Below, one piece after another: positions 42,501-47,020 of a DNA stretch of 47,020 nucleotides. Every line of letters begins with the position of its first letter. Position 1 is the stretch's first letter. Origin of the DNA: Pirellulales bacterium (GTDB taxonomy: Bacteria > Planctomycetota > Planctomycetia > Pirellulales > UBA7805); contig JBGTJT010000722.1 of NCBI GenBank assembly GCA_041744995.1, positions 1 through 47,020 on the forward strand, written 5' to 3'. Under the pieces are notes generated by a model. That model was given only the letters and a program-made list of their open reading frames with translations, had not been told where the DNA came from and searched no databases. The translations under genes were made by a program, and so were the position numbers.

Positions 42501-43011
42501 CGGGAACCGTCTTCAGTTCCTTTTCAACCTCCTCGGCGATCTGCTTGAGGCGGCGACGATCGAAGCCCGTCGGCGGCGTCAGGCTGACCAGGATGATCGG
42601 AGCATCCTCGAAGTCGATATCGTTGATCTGCGGTTGCACCTCGCGGCCGACCGGCAGTTCGCTGCGAATCTCATCAATCAGGTGCTTCACGTCGTCGCGG
42701 CCCCGCTTGGGTTCCACGCCGTCGAGAAACATCACCTGCGTGACGCTCGCCCCGCGCATGCTGCTACTGGCGATGAAGTCGACGTTGTTGAGCTTCTGCA
42801 GCGCATCCTCGACCTTGCGGGTGATCTGCTCTTCCACTTCGACCGGACTCGCGCCCGGATAAGGGATGGCGATCAGCACGACCGCCTTGGTAATCGCCGG
42901 CGTCCGCTGCACAGGAATGTTAAACGCCGCCAGCACCGCCAACGCCAGCACGAGAAACGTACCGACGAGCGTGACGCGAGGTCGATCAATGGCTTTCAGG
43001 CTGAGCTTCAC
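39514..43011 (-). CDS. RND-family efflux transporter permease (AcrB/CzcA-like) with a C-terminal low-complexity tail of about 90 aa
   Basis: 1165 aa. GTG start at 43011 ([22 protein letters not shown], cf. the AcrB N-terminus). Twelve-TM plus two large-loop architecture, and conserved segments such as [45 protein letters not shown]. Confidence 0.92.
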   Translation of the reverse strand: [1165 protein letters not shown]

Positions 43012-43021
43012 GCGGGGGGGA

Positions 43022-43098
43022 GGGATGAGGTTTGAGGTATGAGGGGTCAGGGGTCAGGGATCAGGGATCAGGTTTCAGGGATCAGGTTTCAGGTTTCG
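43022..43098. repeat. Eleven tandem heptanucleotide repeats GG(G/T)(A/T/G)T(G/C)A
   Basis: GGGATGA GGTTTGA GGTATGA GGGGTCA GGGGTCA GGGATCA GGGATCA GGTTTCA GGGATCA GGTTTCA GGTTTCG. The array begins 11 nt from the RND GTG start codon, inside the 203-nt adaptor-pump spacer. Confidence 0.9.
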
Positions 43099-43128
43099 GG
43101 CTGGGATAGAATTGGCATCGAACATCAG

Positions 43129-43149
43129 CCGGAAGGCGCTAGCCTCCGG
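43129..43149. other. Imperfect hairpin in the adaptor-pump spacer
   Basis: CCGGAAGG-CGCTAG-CCTCCGG (7 bp with one bulged A). Confidence 0.35.
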
Positions 43150-43214
43150 TTGGCGCCATAATACCGACCACTAGCACGGTTTGGCTGAGGGTGGGGGCGA
43201 TCTCTTGGCGGCGC

Positions 43215-44501
43215 CTAATTGCGGTCGACAAGTACTCCCGGTTGCTGCTCGGGGCGGCCTTGTGGGCCTTCGCCTTCGGAAAGCACATGCACGGGGCGTC
43301 CCGCGACCAGCCGAAATTGGCCCCGCACGACGACTTCGCGATGTTCCGGCGGCAAACCGGTTACGACAATCTCATCTCCTTGTTCAATCCAGTCTTGGAG
43401 CTTGTATTCTTGCGCGTAGCCGTTGACGTCCTCCAACTCCAACTCCAACTCCGACTCGTCGACATTTGCCGGCTTGTTGCGATCAACGGAAAAAATAGTC
43501 GCCTGCTGGACGCCCCGCTCGGTGCGAAACACGACCGCGCTGGTGGGAATACGGAAAGCGTCTGGTACGGTCTCCGAGGTAACACGCGCCAAGCCAATCA
43601 TGCCCGGCCGCAGTTCCCCCTCGGAGTTGGCGATCGCGATCTCCACCTTGAACAGGCCGGAGGTAACATCGGCGGTGGACGGGACGTAGCGCACTTGGCC
43701 GGTCCGCTCGGGATAACGCGCTCCGCGGGCGTCCCTGCCGATCAACTCAATTGCCACCGACTGCCCGGCATGGATGCGGCGAACCTTCGATTCGGTCACC
43801 CCCACCACTAACAACACTTCGTCGATCTGCACAATCTCGAACACCGGTTCATGTGGATTGAGCGACTCGCCCGGCAGCACGTACCGACGCGAGATGACTC
43901 CGGCATCGGGAGCATAAATGACCGAATCATCCAGCCGCTTTTGCGCCTGTTGCAGTTTCGCGTCGGCAATGTTCAGGCGTGCCCGCGATTCTTTTACTAC
44001 GAAGACTCGGTCTTCGTATTCCTCAGGTGTGATGACCTTGTCGCCGTTGCGTTGCAGATCCTCGACCCGCGCCAGATTCGCCTCTGCCTTCTCCAGTCGG
44101 GCCTTGGCCTCGTCGAGCTGCGCTTCGGCTTCGGCCACTTCCGCCTTCCACTGGGCATTCTCCAATTGAGCCAAGGGCTGGCCTGCCCGCACCCGCATGC
44201 CCTGGTCGAGCCGCTCTCCTTGCTCGTTGCGGCCGAGCGCGCTCAATCGGCCGCTGATCTCAAACGAGACGCGGAACTGCTCCAAAGGCTGCAATCGGCC
44301 CGAGAACCGCTCGATAATCGCGACCGACTCGGGCGCCAGCCGCTCCGTGGTGACCGCGGTCGCCGTCAGCCGGTGGACGTGCTCTTCGCTGTTGTTGGCC
44401 GGATTTTCGCGAGTAAAGCTCGTGGTGACGATGACCATGCCGATGAGGGCGGACAAGGTGACCACGATAAGAGTGACATAGCGAGCGACGCTACGAACCA
44501 T
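43215..44501 (-). CDS. Efflux RND transporter periplasmic adaptor subunit (HlyD/MFP family)
   Basis: N-terminal TM anchor, a coiled-coil hairpin (AEVAEAEAQLDEAKARLEKAEANLARVEDL ... ADAKLQQAQKRLDDSVIYAP) and barrel-sandwich/beta-barrel segments. Lies directly upstream of the RND pump. Confidence 0.88.
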   Translation of the reverse strand: MVRSVARYVTLIVVTLSALIGMVIVTTSFTRENPANNSEEHVHRLTATAVTTERLAPESVAIIERFSGRLQPLEQFRVSFEISGRLSALGRNEQGERLDQGMRVRAGQPLAQLENAQWKAEVAEAEAQLDEAKARLEKAEANLARVEDLQRNGDKVITPEEYEDRVFVVKESRARLNIADAKLQQAQKRLDDSVIYAPDAGVISRRYVLPGESLNPHEPVFEIVQIDEVLLVVGVTESKVRRIHAGQSVAIELIGRDARGARYPERTGQVRYVPSTADVTSGLFKVEIAIANSEGELRPGMIGLARVTSETVPDAFRIPTSAVVFRTERGVQQATIFSVDRNKPANVDESELELELEDVNGYAQEYKLQDWIEQGDEIVVTGLPPEHREVVVRGQFRLVAGRPVHVLSEGEGPQGRPEQQPGVLVDRN

Positions 44502-44557
44502 TTGATACTGCCTGAAATGGGGTCGACACGCGACCTAAACCATGGGAACTCATGTAG

Positions 44558-44569
44558 TTAGCTAGCTAA
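44558..44569. promoter_or_regulatory. Perfect 12-bp palindrome TTAGCTAGCTAA (operator candidate)
   Basis: Lies 5-16 nt downstream of the proposed -10 element, at about the predicted transcription start of the adaptor/RND operon. Confidence 0.35.
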
Positions 44570-44573
44570 TTAA

Positions 44574-44601
44574 ATAGTAGCGGCAATGTCCTCATGTTCA
44601 A
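44574..44601 (-). promoter_or_regulatory. Sigma70-like promoter candidate for the efflux operon (TTGAAC-16 nt-TACTAT)
   Basis: On the minus strand the -35 TTGAAC is at 44601..44596, the spacer is 16 nt, and the -10 TACTAT is at 44579..44574. It lies in an AT-rich intergenic stretch about 75 nt upstream of ATG 44501. Confidence 0.4.
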
Positions 44602-44714
44602 GTCCATTGCATATCCATCCGCGACGACAACTAGGATATTATTGTCTTGCGTGAGCGGAAAGTTACCCTAATTTGGAGCAATCCGCCGAAATACTTGCCT
44701 CGGCTGGAGAGCGA

Positions 44715-45410
44715 TCAACACAACCCTTCCCACAGCGCGGACCCGACGCGAATCATCGTGCTCCCTTCGGCAATCGCCGCCTCGAAATCGCCGCTCATGC
44801 CGATCGACAACTCCCGCAACTCCACGTTCGGAGGCGCCTCGGCGCGCAGCAATTCGATGTACTCCCGCACGGCGGCGAAGTCGCGACGCGCCTGGTCGAC
44901 GCCCCCCTCGCCCGAGGCCATCGCCATTAGCCCCATTATTTGAACGTGCCGCAGGGCCGCGATGTTCGGCAGTTCGCGCCGCAATTCGTCGGGCGAAAAC
45001 CCATGCTTGGCCGGGTCACCGGAGATATTGACCTCCAACAGCACCTTCGGTCGCAGGCCGGCCGCGGCGGCCTCTTGGTCGATGGCCGCCAGCAGCCGCA
45101 CGCTGTCGCCGGAGTGAATCCACTCGACCAGCGGCAGGGTGCGCCTCACTTTGTTGCGCTGCAAGTGGCCGATCATATGCCATTGGACGTCCAGGTCGCT
45201 CAGAGCCTCGGCCTTCGACCACAGTTCCTGCGGCCGGCTCTCGCCCAGGTCGGCACAGCCGGCGTCGAACAGCACCCGGGCGGCCTCGGCCGCTACGTAC
45301 TTGGTGACGCCGACTAGGCGTATCTCGTCGGCGTTGCGGCCGGACTTTGAGGCCGCTTCGGCAATTTGTTCTTGGACGCGAGCTAGATTCCCGCCGATCG
45401 TATTCTCCAT
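44715..45410 (-). CDS. yggS: YggS-family pyridoxal-phosphate homeostasis protein
   Basis: LVGVTKYV (PLP Lys), WHMIGHLQRNKVR and LSIGMSGDFEAAI are YggS/PLPBP hallmarks. 231 aa. Confidence 0.9.
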   Translation of the reverse strand: MENTIGGNLARVQEQIAEAASKSGRNADEIRLVGVTKYVAAEAARVLFDAGCADLGESRPQELWSKAEALSDLDVQWHMIGHLQRNKVRRTLPLVEWIHSGDSVRLLAAIDQEAAAAGLRPKVLLEVNISGDPAKHGFSPDELRRELPNIAALRHVQIMGLMAMASGEGGVDQARRDFAAVREYIELLRAEAPPNVELRELSIGMSGDFEAAIAEGSTMIRVGSALWEGLC

Positions 45411-45435
45411 CGAGTGGCTAGCCTTATAGACGGGC

Positions 45436-46023
45436 CTAATCCAACATCAGCAATCGGCCCTCGTGTCGTGCCAGGCGGCGCGCCGCCTCGAATTCTGTTA
45501 ACTCAACGCCTACTGGTACGAAGCCATTAAAGGTTGGCGGCTCACCTCGCTCCTCAGGCGGAACACCTGGATTCTCGTAGTTAAAGTACCTGTCGACTTC
45601 GATTATACGTCGTTGATCTTCATATTTTACAATCAGGCCGATCGATTGTCCGTCTGGCATCCAAAACATTTCCTTAGGGCAGCCACCCAACAATGGGAAA
45701 CTGTGGCGGCCTTTATTCACTTTAATGCTGTAGGTTCTTGCTCCGTGACGTTCGACACTCGCCTCCCTTTCGCCAGCCGAGGTAGCCACAACACCCATCG
45801 TTTGACCAAAGGTGAGCGGGAGCATTACTCGAAACCAGCCAGCAGCGATGACAAGCAGCAGGACGATCCAGACAATTCGCATCGGCAATCCGCGCTTATC
45901 CCCTTTGCACCAGCGATACACTCCTCGAACTACCATCAGCCCTGAAATTCCTAGCAGGACCAACCAACCCCAGGGGATAAACAGGATCGGTATGATAATA
46001 AGCCCGTCGAACATATCCGCCAT
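45436..46023 (-). CDS. Hypothetical membrane protein in a compositionally atypical (A+T-richer) gene
   Basis: 195 aa. N-terminal hydrophobic helices (LIIIPILFIPWGWLVLLGISGLMVV and IVWIVLLLVIAAGWF), then a soluble domain. No family recognised. The gene is visibly less GC-rich than its flanks. Confidence 0.55.
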   Translation of the reverse strand: MADMFDGLIIIPILFIPWGWLVLLGISGLMVVRGVYRWCKGDKRGLPMRIVWIVLLLVIAAGWFRVMLPLTFGQTMGVVATSAGEREASVERHGARTYSIKVNKGRHSFPLLGGCPKEMFWMPDGQSIGLIVKYEDQRRIIEVDRYFNYENPGVPPEERGEPPTFNGFVPVGVELTEFEAARRLARHEGRLLMLD

Positions 46024-46051
46024 GTGGGAAACTCCTTCTCGACGCTTGCCA

Positions 46052-47020
46052 TCACTCGACCGAGATCAATTGCTCCGCCTCGCCGTCGTCGTCGAACCGG
46101 CCGCAGTAGAACTCCACACCCAGATGCTGACCAAGCAAGGTTCGCAAGGCGGTCGGCGCCAGACTGCGATAAACAAGCCACTGGTCGTCCCCAACCTGGG
46201 CGCGGTAGCCGACGGCGACGTCCCTCGGCTGGATGCGGCGCTCCTCGGCGACGGTCAACTGCCGCCAGGTGCCTTCGTATTTACGTCGACGCCGGCTGAG
46301 ATCCAGAAACAGCGGCGCCATCAGCGCCGAACCGTCCACCTCCTGCTCGACCACCAACACGCCGGCTTCCATGAACATCTGTCCGCCGCGGGGATCGACA
46401 CGCCACTCCGGCAGCCCCAGCGGCAGCACTCGGGCCAACGGCTTTTCGGAGACCAACCAGCCGTCGCGAGTTTCCTGCTCCGCGTTAAAGACCACTGCGT
46501 CGGCCAACGGCAGGCAGACCCGATGCCGCAGTTTGCTTGCGCCGGTTGTGAGCACGACGTCGCTCATCAGCAGCGCGTCGTCCTCGCGAATCAGCAAATA
46601 CGACCGCTGCACCCGCGTGCCGCCGGCCAGTTCCATTTCCAGTTCGAGGTAGTCGACGTCGTCGTCCGTCTCCCAGCAGACCAGTTCCCAATGGCTGTCG
46701 GCCCGCCGGGCGACCGGCCGGCCGTCGAGCGTGACTGCGAAATCATGCAGCCCTTGCAACAGCCTGCGTCGGCCATCGGCCAATTCGAGCATGGTGGCGC
46801 CGGCATCGAAGGAAACGTGCAATTGCGGGGTCTTTCGCGACCAGTCGCGGCGCAGCAGCGCATGCTGGCCCCACTCCGACTCCATCGACGGCGGTTCCCA
46901 TTCCTCGGCCGTGGTCGTGGCCTTTTGGCCGGGCAAGGCAACCGTGGCCAACGCCCGATCGATCTTGTTGCCGCCGATGCGCAGCGCCGCCTGCAGCAGC
47001 GCCTCGCTGCGGGGACCGTC
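46052..47020 (-). CDS. Hypothetical protein, C-terminal part (gene continues past the right edge)
   Basis: The ORF track begins at TTG 46951, but the same frame stays open for the remaining 23 codons to the window edge (...DGPRSEALLQAALRIGGNKIDRALATVALPGQK...), so the true start is probably outside the window. No family recognised with confidence. Confidence 0.55.
   Translation of the reverse strand, partial: DGPRSEALLQAALRIGGNKIDRALATVALPGQKATTTAEEWEPPSMESEWGQHALLRRDWSRKTPQLHVSFDAGATMLELADGRRRLLQGLHDFAVTLDGRPVARRADSHWELVCWETDDDVDYLELEMELAGGTRVQRSYLLIREDDALLMSDVVLTTGASKLRHRVCLPLADAVVFNAEQETRDGWLVSEKPLARVLPLGLPEWRVDPRGGQMFMEAGVLVVEQEVDGSALMAPLFLDLSRRRRKYEGTWRQLTVAEERRIQPRDVAVGYRAQVGDDQWLVYRSLAPTALRTLLGQHLGVEFYCGRFDDDGEAEQLISVE

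Noticed and set aside
43022-43098. Could the tandem repeats be a CRISPR array?
   Set aside because: The units are 7 nt, contiguous and without spacers, and there are no cas genes. It is a microsatellite-like array, not a CRISPR array.
46052-47020. Possible heparinase II/III-like C-terminal domain for the right-edge partial gene.
   Set aside because: I could not identify any family-specific motif in the visible 322 codons, so I kept it as hypothetical.
1-47020. Searched for mobile elements, prophage genes, toxin-antitoxin pairs and known defence-system genes (Cas, restriction-modification, Abi, CBASS, retrons, etc.).
   Set aside because: I recognised no transposase, integrase, recombinase, nuclease-helicase, methyltransferase, reverse transcriptase or cyclase-effector pair. 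The MORN/YwqK-repeat protein is a secreted repeat protein, not a toxin-antitoxin component in this context.

Overview
GC-rich bacterial chromosomal segment. Gene content suggests Planctomycetota, Pirellulales-like: formylglycine sulfatase, a membrane Ser/Thr-kinase-like protein with an acidic Pro-rich linker, a MORN/YwqK-repeat protein, and many secreted hypotheticals. This taxonomic call is inference only. I count about 41 protein-coding genes, densely packed and often translationally coupled through ATGA, GTGA or 1-nt overlaps. I found no rRNA, tRNA, CRISPR array, transposase, integrase or recognisable phage or defence genes. Confident calls are an ABC exporter pair, cyclophilin, aroA, a sulfatase, an anmK-like kinase, a diguanylate cyclase, an enolase-superfamily enzyme, mrpABCD followed by fabI, a class-V aminotransferase/cysteine desulfurase, moaD-moaE-moaA behind a 990-aa FAD/Fe-S dehydrogenase, folE, a chlorite-dismutase-family protein, an RND pump with its adaptor, and yggS. 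No obvious multi-gene novel system stands out. The most interesting items are listed here. (1) A near-consensus sigma54 -24/-12 promoter drives a small His-rich secreted protein, next to an orphan enhancer-binding-protein-like AAA+ protein that lacks a DNA-binding domain and has a degenerate Walker B. (2) An mrpABCD operon lacks mrpEFG and is translationally coupled to fabI. (3) A membrane Ser/Thr 'kinase' lacks the catalytic Asp and the DFG motif, so it is a predicted pseudokinase. (4) A peptidase-C26/GATase-like protein lacks the nucleophilic Cys. (5) A stand-alone OleA-like thiolase sits behind a 460-nt leader. (6) Eleven tandem heptanucleotide repeats abut the start codon of the RND pump gene. 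(7) A nested-palindrome REP-like element sits inside the moa/cysteine-desulfurase gene string. All start-codon refinements and regulatory sites come from reading the sequence and are not experimentally supported.
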